DNA of 64,000 nt, taken from Heptranchias perlo. Lineage: Eukaryota. The first letter of the stretch is position 1. Every line of letters begins with the position of its first letter. The notes beneath the pieces were generated by a model, which worked only from the letters and a program-made list of their open reading frames with translations, was not told the DNA's origin and searched no databases. Both the position numbers and the translations under genes were made by a program. Below are positions 52,401 through 64,000 of this stretch, piece after piece. The stretch covers positions 76,818,001-76,882,000 of the forward strand of contig NC_090333.1 of the NCBI RefSeq assembly GCF_035084215.1, given 5' to 3'.

Positions 52401-54760
52401 GGACACAGGCATCCAGTTTGAAAAACAACCCTCGACAACCACCCTCTGTCTTCTATCGTCAAGCCAATTTTGTATCCAATTGGCTACCTCACCTTGGATC
52501 CCATGAGATTTAACCTTATGTAACAACCTACCATGCGGTACCTTGTCAAATGCTTTGCTGAAGTCCATGTAGACCACGTCTACTGCACAGCCCTCATCTA
52601 TCTTCTTGGTTACCCCTTCAAAAAACTCAATCAAATTCGTGAGACATGATTTTCCTCTCACAAAACCATGCTGACTGTTCCTAATTAGTCCCTGCCTCTC
52701 CAAATGCCTGTAGATTCTGTCCCTCAGAATACCCTCTAACAACTTACCCACTACAGATGTCAGGCTCACTGGTCTGTAGTTCCCAGGCTTTTCCCTGCCG
52801 CCCTTCTTAAACAAAGGCACAACATTTGCTACCCTCCAATCTTCAGGCACCTCACCTGTAGCGGTGGATGATTCAAATATCTCTGCTAGGGGACCCGCAA
52901 TTTCCTCCCTAACCTCCCATAACGTCCTGGGATACATTTCATCAGGTCCCGGAGATTTATCTACCTTGATGCGCGTTAAGACTTCCAGCACCTCCCTCTC
53001 TGTAATATGTACACTCCTCAAGACATCACTATTTATTTCCCCAAGTTCCCTAACATCCATGCCTTTCTCAACCGTAAATACCGATGTGAAATATTCATTC
53101 AGGATCTCACCCATCTCTTGTGGTTCCGCACATAGATGACCTTGTTGATCCTTAAGAGGCCCTACTCTCTCCCTAGTTACCCTTTTGCCCTTTATGTATT
53201 TGTAGAAGCTCTTTGGATTCACCTTTGCCTGATCTGCCAAAGCAATCTCATATCCCCTTTTTGCCCTCCTGATTTCTCTCTTAACTCTACTCCGGCAATC
53301 TCTATACTCTTCAAGGGATCCACTTGATCCCAGCTGCCTATGCATGTCATATGCCTCCTTCTTATATAGGTGGGTCAGTCTTAGCTCGGTGGTGGGCAAA
53401 CTATTAGAATGAATACTGAGAGATAGGATAAATGGTCACTTGGAAAGGCACGGTTTAATCAGGGATAGTCAGCATGGATTTGTTCAGGGAAGGTCATGCC
53501 TTACAAATCTGATTGAATTCTTTGAGGAAGTGACAAGGAGGATTGATGAGGGTAGTGCAGTGGATGTTGTCTACATGGATTTTAGTAAGGCATTTGACAA
53601 GGTCCCACATGGCAGACTGGTCAGAAAGGTAAAAGCCCATGGGATACAGGGAAATGTGACGAATTGGATCCAAAATTGGCTCAGTAACAGGAAACAAAGG
53701 GTAAAAGTCGATGGATGTCTTTGCGAATGGAAATCCGTTTGTAGTGGCATGCCACAGGGCTCAGTGTTGGGTCCCTTACTGTTTGTGGTATATATTAATG
53801 ATTTGGACTTGACTGTGGGGGGCATGATTGGCAGATTTGCTGATGACACAAAAATTGGCCATGTAGTTGATAGTGAAGAGGATAGCTGTAGACTCCAAAA
53901 AGATATCAATGGGTTGGTGGAGTGGGTGGAAAAGTGGCAAATGGAGTTCAACCCGGAGAAGTGTGAGGTAATGCACTGAGGGAGGGCAAACAGTAAAAGG
54001 GAATACGCAATAAACAGGACTATATTGAGAGGAGTAAAGGAAGTGAGAGACCTTGGAGTGCATGTGCACGGGTCCCTGAAGGTGGCAGTACAGGTAGATA
54101 GGGTTGTGAAGAAGGCATACGGAATGCTCTCCGTTATTAGCCGAGGTATAGAATACAAAAGCAGGGATGTAATAATGGAACTGTATAAAATGCTGGTAAG
54201 GCCACAGCTGGAGTATTGTGCGTAGTTCTGGTCACCACATTACAGGAAGGACTTAATTGCTCTGGAGAGGGTGCAGAGAAGATATACAAGAATGTTGCCA
54301 GGGCTTGAAAATTGCAGCTCCGAGGAGAGATTGGATAGGCTAAGGTTGTTTTCCTTGGAGCAGAGAAGGCTGAGGGGAGACTTGATTGCGGTGTAGAAAA
54401 CTGAGGGGCCCAGATAGAGCAGACAGGAAGTACCTGTTTCCCCTAGCGGAGAGTTCAAGAACAAGAGGACGTAGATTTAAGCTGATTGTCAGAAGGATTA
54501 GAGGGGACATGAGGAAAAACTTTTTTACCCAGAGGGTGGTGGGTGTATGGAATTCACTGCCTGAATTGATGGTAGAGGCAGGGACCTTCGACTCTTTTAA
54601 AAAGTATCTGGACCTGCATCTAAAGTGTTGTAAAGTGCAGGGCTACGGACCGGGTGCTGGAAGGTGGGATTAGAATGGGCACCTGGTTGTTCTTCGAGCC
54701 GGCGCGGACACGATGGGCCAAATGGCCCCCTTCTGTGCTGTATCTTTTCTATGGTTTCTA
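49428..54760 (+). mobile_element. CR1 LINE (ORF1 SGNH-esterase C-terminal part, APE, RT, tail), interrupted by a nested CR1
   Basis: ORF1 KVVISGLLPVPRASE...YKLDGLHPSRTG; APE YFNARSITNK, ITETWL, VGDFNYPNINW, SDHNSV; RT after 53370 QHGFVQGRSCLTNL, FADDTKIG; several stops and frameshifts. Confidence 0.93.
51378..53364 (-). mobile_element. Young 5'-truncated CR1 with uninterrupted RT frame, nested in the opposite-strand CR1
   Basis: The 643-aa ORF 51468-53399 has a full RT ([38 protein letters not shown]) with no stops; (ATTCTATG)3 tail; TSD tatag at 51373-51377 and 53365-53369. Confidence 0.95.
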
Positions 54761-55834
54761 TATCCCTTCCATTAATCGAGGCCTAGCAGTCTGTAAGGCC
54801 CCATCGCGCGGTTTTTAAAAAAAAATTGCCTGTCGCGCCCTAAGTCTTGATGAGAGAAAGAGATCAGAGCGTACATGGGGATCAATTTTAGGAAAGTTAA
54901 GAAAGCAAGTGAAAGAGGGTTTAAAGCAGATGGAGGAGATTACTGAAGTTCCTAGTCTGTGCATTCAATGTCAGAATGTAATTTATCGTGCAGTTACACA
55001 CTTGCTGTCTTCCCAGGCTGCCATTTATGGTTGTGAAAGAATCAAATGAACTGCTACTACGTGCTCCTGTCCCCACTGTCCAGTCATAAACAGTGTTGCA
55101 GTGGGTACCATTCACTCATATACTTGATTTAGAGATAAGGTTGAGGAAAGTGGGATCAGTTTTCCTCCCAAATTCCTCAACAATAATCAAGAATGATGAA
55201 AACAATATTCAAGAGAATTTATATTAAAATAACAAATTAGCTCCTGTTGGGCAAATGCTCAAACTCCCCTGTTCTAATTGCTGGTCATACTCACTGACTC
55301 TGTGATAGCAGACAGTGTGACGATTTGTTGCCGTTGAATACTTCAGTGCATCTATAATAGATAAAACCCTTCTCTGGCACAAGAAATCTTGTGAATGTAA
55401 CTGAAATGTAATTGTTTCCTTTAAGAACGGCAAGGATGTGTGGCATACAGATGTGCAGTGGAGCGTTATTTTGACTAATCTTATTTTTAAAATAATAATA
55501 GGTTGTTTTTCGTCCTGTGTGTAGTTTTCTGGACCTGGTGTGTTGAAGTGGTTCATCAGGTGCTGCAAATACTGTCTGCCTGTGTACAGTATCTGCATGG
55601 TTTGATGAGGCTGCGCACACCGTCCCCGCTGCTTTGTGGGTTCACTGTCGGACGTTCAGTTTCTGGAGCCTAAAACCGCGGGGAGTACAGTTGGTGTTTT
55701 TTTTTTCATCTGGCCACGTTGTCTGGGCAATGCGTCATAAATTGGGGCCTGGGGTCCTCACGGAGCAGGTGAATTAAACAGAGAAGTGCAGACAGGTGGC
55801 AGTTATGGTGGGCTTTTCAGACCTAGGCCAATAT

Positions 55835-55978
55835 ATTGGATAAATACTTGAGGAAAAAAGATTTGCATGGCTGTGGGGGAATGGGGTTAACTGGATTGCT
55901 CTTGAAAAGAGCCGGCACAGGCTCAGTGGGCTGAATGGCCTCCTTCTGCGCTGTAAGCACTCTGTGATGTTATTCTAT
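55835..55978 (+). mobile_element. CR1 3' tail
   Basis: ggataaatacttgagg...gagccggcacagg...gaatggcctccttctgcgctgtaa. Confidence 0.75.
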
Positions 55979-58079
55979 GAAAGGAAATCCCATGGAAGGA
56001 GGATCGTGCTGTTTTCAAAAATAGCACAGTGGGCATTTTAAACTAAGGCAAGTTTGCAACAAAAAAAAATGCAGATTTATGACGGGACTTTTGACGAGCA
56101 GTCGTCCGCTACCTGCCTGCCCTGAGCGGCCGTTGCAGCCATAGCCTGGACAGGGAATTCAGACTTGAATACTTTACACAGGTCTTCCCAAGTAATTTCC
56201 ATTCAGTCGCCACTCATATTGGCAATAAAGCAAGGGAAAAGCAGGCCAATGGTGTGCTTGAACCGCAAATCTTTTAACATACCACTAAATGTGCTTAACT
56301 GCATTGTCGAGGCTAAAGCCCAAAAATCATAACCAGCCACATCCCTAACCTCTCCCTTCAAATGTTCATTCATGGATGCTTCTGCCCCTGCTCTTGCAGT
56401 GAGAATTGGGAATGCTGCTGGAAGTGAGGCTGCACTAGTCTCCAGGGCTGTGAAACTGGCCCGTTCTCACCATAGGATGGGACAGCTCCTTTTACAGTAC
56501 GATTGATTCCCTGATCTTCATGCAAGAGCAGGAAGGGACAGCTGACACTGGGAGACCCGAGTGTCACATAGAAGAACAGGGTGCATTTGATAGGCCAAGT
56601 TTAGGCAAGTGTGTTTCAGTGCTGGGTGATTAATATAGGGGCTTGAGGAATTGGTGGTTTCAGAAGCATGCAGAGACCAACTCTGCTGTGAGCACCCTGT
56701 CCCACACAAAGTCTGTACATTTTTAATTAATAGAAAGAAACTCCTTCTAATATTATTAGATAATTTTATGATTCCAAAAAAAAGTTTGTTTTCGCATCAT
56801 GGTGCACAAACTGGAAACAACAGGCAGTCCATCACAAGCATCCCTTCCCCTGCCAGTAGTCGAAGGGTTAAGTTGCAACTTTCAAGCGTTCCCTCCTCTT
56901 GGGTGCACTGTATCCCCTAGATGGCACTGTAACAGGAGGCATTGTTTGAAATCTGAGATTTCATTCATTAGAAAATGTTGGACAATGATGGATACACTTT
57001 TTTTTTTGCAAAAAAATCTGGGCAAGTGTTCAAAAAAAATAAAATTCAGCCCTGGATTTCTGCATTGAAGGGTGTGTGTCCTTCAGTATTACCTGTGAAA
57101 ATAAACAACATAGATAATGCTGTTTCTCTCGCTGTAGGAAATGGCCTGGAGCAGTTTCTGAAATAGCGAATTTAAGAGAACTGAATGAAAGTGCTGGACG
57201 CTGCAGTGGCCCTCATCAGTTCACTCTTGCACTTAAATCCATTTCTCTCGCACTGCTATTCTCTGTCGCGGTATTTATGCTTAGTGCCCTTGTGTTGCTG
57301 TTTAAATAAATATTCAAGAAGGAAGCAAAGCGCAACAATGATGATGAAAATTCATCATCATCCTCTTCTTAAAGGTGAGATCCTAACCATCACAACAATT
57401 AAATATTTCCTATCAATCTGTACCACAGTCATCTCTTCCACATGAACTATTCCACTTTGTTTGAACTGAACAGTTAAGGCTTAGAAAATAACTGAGTTTC
57501 AACTTAGGGTCTTAGTGCAATTGAGAACATGGTAAAAAGTATGCAACTCGCTGAGTTTTTGGGTACATACTTGGGAGTTAAAGCTTTTGAAAATAATTGG
57601 TGCTTTTTTTTTGTTAAGAACTTCTATTTTTTCTATCTTCACTTGATTCCCCAATAATTCACTTGTGTCGGAGAAGGTGGGTTGAGCAGCATTCTCTTTG
57701 GCAACCACCAGTGCTGCTTTTTGGCCATTGCTAGGAATTCTGTGAAAGGAGTTTGGCAGATGCTCACCAGCCAGTTTTCCCCTCCTCCCAGCACGCAATG
57801 CTTTTGCTGCTACAGCAACAATGGTCTGATCAGAATCGTTGCAGAGTTAGCAGGGGGAACCTTCTGTATCACTGTAGTTTGTTACTACTTTGTGCTGCTG
57901 TTCTCTGGCCTACTGTGCTGTGCCACCATGTACTGTAATAGACGGAATTTTAGACATTTTGGCTGGTTGGTGTGGACCCTTGCCTCGATGTCATGCTCAG
58001 TTTTCTAAGCTCTGCAGTGTTCCATAGGAACTATTTTTCTCAGTGCCTAGATGTAGAAAATGTCACAAGGTGTTTCATG

Positions 58080-58470
58080 TTAGAACGGGATGCTGACCAG
58101 TAGACCAAGAGTGAGAGGCAATTGAAAGCATGGTCAAATAGATGGGCTTCGATGAGGTGGGGGAGAGATGTAGCCAGGCAGAGGGATTAAGGAGGCAGTT
58201 CCTGAACATAGGGCCGAAATGCCTGTAGGCCCTGCCACTAATGGAATTGGGGATAGCGGAATACATTGGACATAATTGTCAGAGGACTGAGGACGTGGGT
58301 TGAGATGTAATGCTGGAGGAGGTTACAGAAATAGGGTAGGGTAAAACCATGGAGGGATTGTAGATGAGGGCAAGTATTTGGAATTTGGTTCTTTGATGAA
58401 TTGTGAGATTAGTGAGGATAGCGGTGATGGCTCTGCAAGACTTGTGTGGGACGAGGTGCTCGCAGCGGAG
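58080..58470 (-). mobile_element. Decayed L2 3' fragment
   Basis: Similar to 4230-4600 (gagggattaaggaggcagttcc...agggccgaaat; ccatggagggatt). Confidence 0.6.
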
Positions 58471-59599
58471 TTTCTCGCCTCCCTCCCTCGTTCACTCGCC
58501 CTCCCTCGAGACAAATTCCTTTTTGCCTTTGATATACTCACTGAATAGACACGGTTGACAAATTTAGACATACTGATGTTAGATTTAAACACGTGGTTGT
58601 TCCTCTAATTACCCTATTTCCAGGTTGAGTAATACGTAGGAGGGTGTTGCTTGCACCTCCCGCAAGAAGTTTTCCGAGCTTAATTAACACATTTATATTT
58701 CTGAAACCGGAAGACAAAAGCTACATTTTGGAAACCAGATTAAATGGAAGTTGGTGGCCAACTTAGACATTCACTCCCCTCTTATTTGTATTAATACAGA
58801 GTGCATTATATTAATTTATATTAGCACAGAAACCACTGCTTCTATCCATCTATTTACAGTGACAATACCATGGAATTTGTAAAGTCACGAATTTGATGAG
58901 CAATAATATGAAAATGAAAACAATCTTCACCTGCACTTCACAAGCTGGATAACAGCTTTTTGCAATTGTGCAAGGCAATTTGTGCCACTGATATAAATAA
59001 TTCAATGTTTAAAGTTTTACATCATTTACAGTCGTAGGGTTGAGGTACCACTGTACAAACTTTTATATAGCCGCATCTAGCTGAAAGTAACTAGGCTGTG
59101 GACCTGAGGGATAATCCAAGGTGAGACACAAATGCAGGACTGTTATTTGCTGGTCTGTAACCAGGCGGATGAAGTTCTTGTGCATGTTCGCAAAATGAGG
59201 TTGGAATGAAGACGAGACTGTTTAACTTTCCTGAAGTTGTGCCACTGGCGCTGATCCCAGACTAACTGGTTTCTAGGGAGCAAGATCAGATCTTTCAGCT
59301 GCGAAGCTGCACTCTCTGCACGTCATAACTGCATTGATATTGACAAGTTTGCAACTCAGTAACAGATAATAAAATTTTACACCCTCTGTGATGTGGCACG
59401 CACTTTTTAAAATCTAGCAAAAATATCTTTGTGAATGCAAGTAGGTTTATTTGCAACTGGCATTCACGTCTCAGTAGGTGATTTGGGAAGAAAAGTTTGT
59501 TTTGTTGTTGAAAACCGATTGGACTGAATTGAATTTCTTAGAATGTTGTACAATATACCTAATCTAACATAATGAGTGCTAGTATCATGATGAGCAAGA

Positions 59600-59852
59600 T
59601 AATGATAATTAAATCCAATAACGAATTCAGGAGAAACTTCGTCACTCAGATTAGAATGTGGAATTTGTTAAGAGTTGTTGAGGCGAATAACATAGATGCA
59701 TTTAAGGTGAAGCTAGATAAGTACATGAGGGAGAAAGGAATAGAAGGATATGGTGATAGGGTTAGATGAAGTAAGGTGGGAGGAGGCTCGTGAGGAGCAT
59801 AAACATCGACCTGTTGGGCCGAAGAACCTTTTTCTGTGCTGTATGTTCTGTG
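59600..59852 (+). mobile_element. CR1 3' tail fragment
   Basis: Similar to 44225-44490; NEFRRNFVTQIRMWNLL...DAFKVKLDKYM. Confidence 0.8.
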
Positions 59853-60541
59853 TGATGTAATAAGATGGAGGAAAGAAAATCAAACGTTTACAGCACATGA
59901 ACTGCGTTATTTTATAACATGGTGAAAATCCTTGCCCAGACTATTGAAGTGATGGTATGGGCAGCATTCTCCTTCCATGGGTTTTTTATGTTGTGTGGTA
60001 TGCTTGGCTAATCTATATTGGGAATTTGTCATCTTCACCATTGATTGTCTACAGTTGGCTGCATGTGAAGAAGGGTTTCTTAGTTGACGATTTGTAAGGG
60101 GGAAATTGACTTAACTGTTGGGTTTTTATTGTTACAAAAATGGTTTCTTTGCCAGCATATCAAATGAGTGTTGCTTTGAATTTACAAACTGAAAATCAAA
60201 TCACTTTCAATTTGGCGAAAGCAGTCCAATGTGCTTCAAATCCAGGATTTTATTCATGTGAAGGTAGGAGTAACTTATACTGTCAGTAAAAATAATTGGT
60301 GCTGTAGCTGGAAGCCAAAATACTGTTTGAAGTTGGAAACAAACACTGCAGATGAATGTTTTTAATTCGCAACACATGTAAGGCAGACTGAGGAGGGTAT
60401 GTAAATAACAGTAAGTGGCATTGGCTATGTGGGTGGAAAATATGCAACACAGTAGTGATGTCATTCTAACAGTATTGAAAAGAATGAGAAATTCAATCTT
60501 TGACGAAACCTTACAGTTCTTGATTTGTTTGTGTTACACAT

Positions 60542-60820
60542 TGTCATAGATTTAAAATAATCAGCAAAAGAACTAGAGGGGAAATGAAATTTTTTCACAC
60601 GGAGGGTTGTTGAGACCTAGAACGCACTACCTGAAAGGGTAATGGAAGCAGATTCCATAGGGACTTTCAAAAGGCAATTGGACATGTACTTGAAGAGGAC
60701 TAATTTGCAGGGTTATGGGGAAAAAGCTGGGTTGTGGGACTAATTTGGACAGCTCTTTCAAAGAGCCGGCACAGACACGACTGGCCAAATGGCCTCCTCC
60801 TGTGCTATAAGATTCTATGC
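60542..60820 (+). mobile_element. CR1 3' tail fragment
   Basis: catagatttaaaataatcagcaaaagaactagaggg...gagccggcacagacacg...gattctatg. Confidence 0.8.
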
Positions 60821-61209
60821 TTGTGCAATAGTAATGTGCTGGTAGTGGATGATGAAGAGCACAGTGTTTGAAAAGCTATGTCTTGAGTAACCCTGGGATC
60901 AAGATGTACTTGACTTTTGTCAGTAAGCTGCTGTAATATATCGGTGCACACTTGTGAGCAGTGAGGTGAATTAAATCACTGAGCAGCTTGGATTCGGTTG
61001 CAAGTCTTGGTCAGTTTGTATTGGTTGCAGGAAGAGTAATGTGCCCAATGTCCATTACAAGTACATGCTCGTCAGTACATGTTTGTGGAAGTTGTGTTGC
61101 TTAAATGTGGGTTGGATGTGACTAATTAAACTGCCTAATTGAAAACTATCATTGCGTGTTTTAAATGTACTGCACCGTACCTCTCAACCTGCAATGCTTT
61201 GAAAGGAGG

Positions 61210-63231
61210 GAATTTGGGTCAGCAGTTGTTTGGATGGTATTTTTCTGTGGAATATTCTTGTCAGCTGGCTTTATAACTTGGGAGTCTTGGCCCTGCTGCT
61301 GCTTTTCGCATGGCTTTGTTTAATGTCCTTCGAGAGTTGTATATGGCACCGATTCTGGAATGGTGTCTAAAACTTTACACAATGGATGTGAAAGGATAGC
61401 AACCTTTTCAGAGAGTGTGATGTTATTGAAGGCAACTGCTGCAGTGGAAGCAAAATTCTCAAAGCTTATTTAATAACCTTGGCTCCTGTTCTTTCGGTCT
61501 TTGCGATATGGCCTGTCGTGGATTGTGCTTAATTTCTGTCTGCCAAAGGTATATCCAGCTAACGTAATAACCTGTTAATCAGCCTTGCAAGGCTGCTCTC
61601 TTCAGTTGTCCATTCCATGGACCCAACAGCATGCAAACCATTGATTTCATTTCTCAGAAGATGTTTAATTTTTTCTTGCAGAAGTTCATTTACGTGGTGA
61701 TATCAACCACTTCATGGGAAAAATCTATTCCTGATGTTCTTCTGTCTTTTTGTTCTTGCTCAGTCCAAGTTAATTATCATGTTTACATCTATATTATCCA
61801 GATACACTTCCAATTTAAAGACTCTGATCGTGTCCCAATAGTATTTTTACCCTACGAAAACAAGTTGGATTGTCTAAACTTAATCACTTATATTTATCTT
61901 GTGCATTTCATGTAGTACATGTCCTATGGCAGCTCATAAAGGAGAAACAGACTACAAACAGTTGTAGCAAAATTAGGAGAGGGCATGATCGAAATGAGAG
62001 GCTTTGAGGCTTCTGCAAAAGGGAAGAGAAGGAGCAAGGCAGTAGGTTTATGGAGAGAATTGAAGAGCAAGGCTGAAACGGCTGACAGTTGGAGAAGGTT
62101 GTTGAGGTAGGTGGGGTGTGCCCATGGAGGTACTTGTAAACTAGAGCGAGGACTTTGAATTGAATATGTATGGTACAAGGAGCCTTTTGAGGTTGACAGA
62201 GACAGGGCTGATGGGCACAGGTACAGGCCGCAGGTAATAGAGTTTGGACCCGTTGGAATTTCTAAGACGTTTAGGCAGTCAGAGAGGAGGGCATTGGAGA
62301 AATTGAACCTGGAGTTAACATAAATGCGGACAAGCGTTTCAGCAGTGGGGTGGATGAAGTAAAAACAGAGGTGGACATAAGTGATCTTGGTGATGGGTCT
62401 GTGGTTTGAAATTCAGCTTGGAGTTGAACCAGACATCAAGATTATGCACTGTTGACTGAGCCAAGAGCCAGAGTGGGGATGGCACCTTGTGCAAGGGCGC
62501 AAACTTATAATCAGGATTCAAACAGTATAGTTTTGGCTTTACCAATGTAAAGTTGATGAATACTGGCTTATACAACCTTAATGTTAAACAATTAATCTGA
62601 TAGGTAGAGGTGAATTTCTTGAAACTACCTAGTGGAAGCTGACTCCATGCCAATGGATAATGTCACCAAGTGGCAACACGTAAAGGTGCAAAAGGATGGT
62701 ATAATGCAAGGGTTGAGAGCAGAAACCATGACCATGTCGCTGGCAACTTTGACCAGGGTAGTCTCCAGATTGAAAGGATTTGAACAGGGAGTGGTGGGAG
62801 AGGAGATCACGTAGCTGGGTGGCACTAATGTATTGAATGACCTTTTGGAAGGGAGAGGAAGCTTAGAGATGGGAGGGTTGTAGGAGAGCTCATAGGGGTG
62901 AAGAGTGGGATTTTTAATGAGGGGGCGATGACCTGAAGAGCCCAAGTCCCAGAATCATCACACTTCTTGGAACTATTTCCAAAGAGTCTCTGTTTTGAAA
63001 TGCAGTGTTTCAACATTGCACTGTCTGGATGTGAAAGGATAGCAATATTTTCAATGTGTAAAGTTTTAGACACTGTTCCAGAATCGATGCCATATAAAAT
63101 TCTTGACAGACCCAACATTAAACAAAGCCATGTGAAAAGTAGCAGCAGGGCCAAGTCTCCCAAGCTATAAAACCAGCTGACTTGCCAATTCCACAGAAAA
63201 CTACCGTCCAAACATCTGCTGTCCCAAATTC
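61210..63231. repeat. Inverted repeat pair (~230-bp arms: 61210-~61440 and ~63000-63231) enclosing ~1.5 kb
   Basis: gaatttgggtcagcagttgtttggatgg...ttggccctgctgctgcttttcgcatggctttgtttaatgt...aaaactttacaca is the reverse complement of 63056-63231 with scattered substitutions. Confidence 0.85.
61950..62965 (-). mobile_element. Decayed L2 fragment between the inverted arms
   Basis: HNLDVWFNSKLNFKP, ETTLVKVASD, KNPTLHPYELSYNPPISKLP resemble L2 RT regions. Confidence 0.65.
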
Positions 63232-64000
63232 TGTTCTATATCTTGCCCATACCTTATTAAAATGATGTCACTTGTTTGCCCAGCCAGGTTAATGCCTTTT
63301 AAATGCCACCAATCTCATACTCATCAGTTCTCAACCTATTTTGGCAAATTTCATGTTGCAAAATGTACTTTTCCCTGCATCGATCATGATTAGTTTGAAC
63401 AGGAGACATCCAGAACCCCTTTACACCTCTATATTATGAGTAGTATGAACAGGACAGAGCGGGGTCTCTTCACATATTAACATTTCAGAGTACCAACAGT
63501 CAGTGCCCATCACACACAGCATTTCCCAGTTATTGACACTTCCTGTTCCCCATTAGTAACCAAGTCACTCGTGACTCTGTCCTTTTCCACCTCAAACTTT
63601 GTGTTAGGTTTCCACAAAATGTGTTTCTCCATTGTTATTGCCATAGCTCCGCGAGACTCCACCTCTGAAACTCACATCGTGTCAGTGGGCCTTTCAAAAC
63701 ACCGTGCAAGTTAATCTTGGTGGACCAAGTTTGAGGACTGTATTCCTTAGAAGCACTGAATATTCTCTCCAGGCGTTGATTTTAAAACTAACACATGTCG
63801 TTACACATTTGTAAAAGTGATATCCTGCATACTTCTGAAGGCTATTGCACAATACAGTTAGACATGTGTTGATCTTTGGACGTTATGTCATATAAGCATA
63901 AGTCATGATATATAGTTCCCCCATACTTTTAAAAAAAAAATTCTGCCTCCTTTTTCTGCCCCCCCCCCCCCTCCTTTTCCCCTGTTCCCCTGCCCATTTC

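Noticed and set aside
51468-53399. 643-aa ORF as a host gene or domesticated RT
   Set aside because: It has a TTG start derived from the flanking element, a TSD, a CR1 tail and 5' truncation, all explained by a young insertion.

Overview
Vertebrate genomic DNA, most likely from an elasmobranch (shark or ray), judged from its CR1/HER1-type LINEs, L2 LINEs and Deu-domain SINEs. The window lies inside a single + strand gene, ATF6 (ATF6-alpha, the ER-stress bZIP factor). Five consecutive coding exons (3725-3809, 11940-12022, 14812-14941, 20350-20532, 37506-37720) have canonical AG/GT ends, splice in phase and encode the transactivation region up to the residue just before the basic region. I did not find the first exons or the bZIP exon in the window. 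Nearly all other ORFs in the track are retroelement remnants or chance ORFs. The introns hold CR1, L2 and a third poly(A)-tailed APE-RT LINE family, including four nested insertions with short target-site duplications (TSDs); one carries an uninterrupted ~630-codon RT frame. The most unusual structures are: a near-perfect 425-bp foldback element with TGT...ACA ends and a TSD (34488-34912); a perfect CpG-rich 30-bp minisatellite (48680-49116); a ~230-bp inverted-repeat pair with a 28-bp micro-inversion in one arm (61210-63231); an antisense C2H2 zinc-finger gene 3' fragment (~2560-2951); and inverted SINEs flanking one ATF6 exon. I see no firm evidence of a wholly new biological system. Family names come from recalled motifs, not from database searches.
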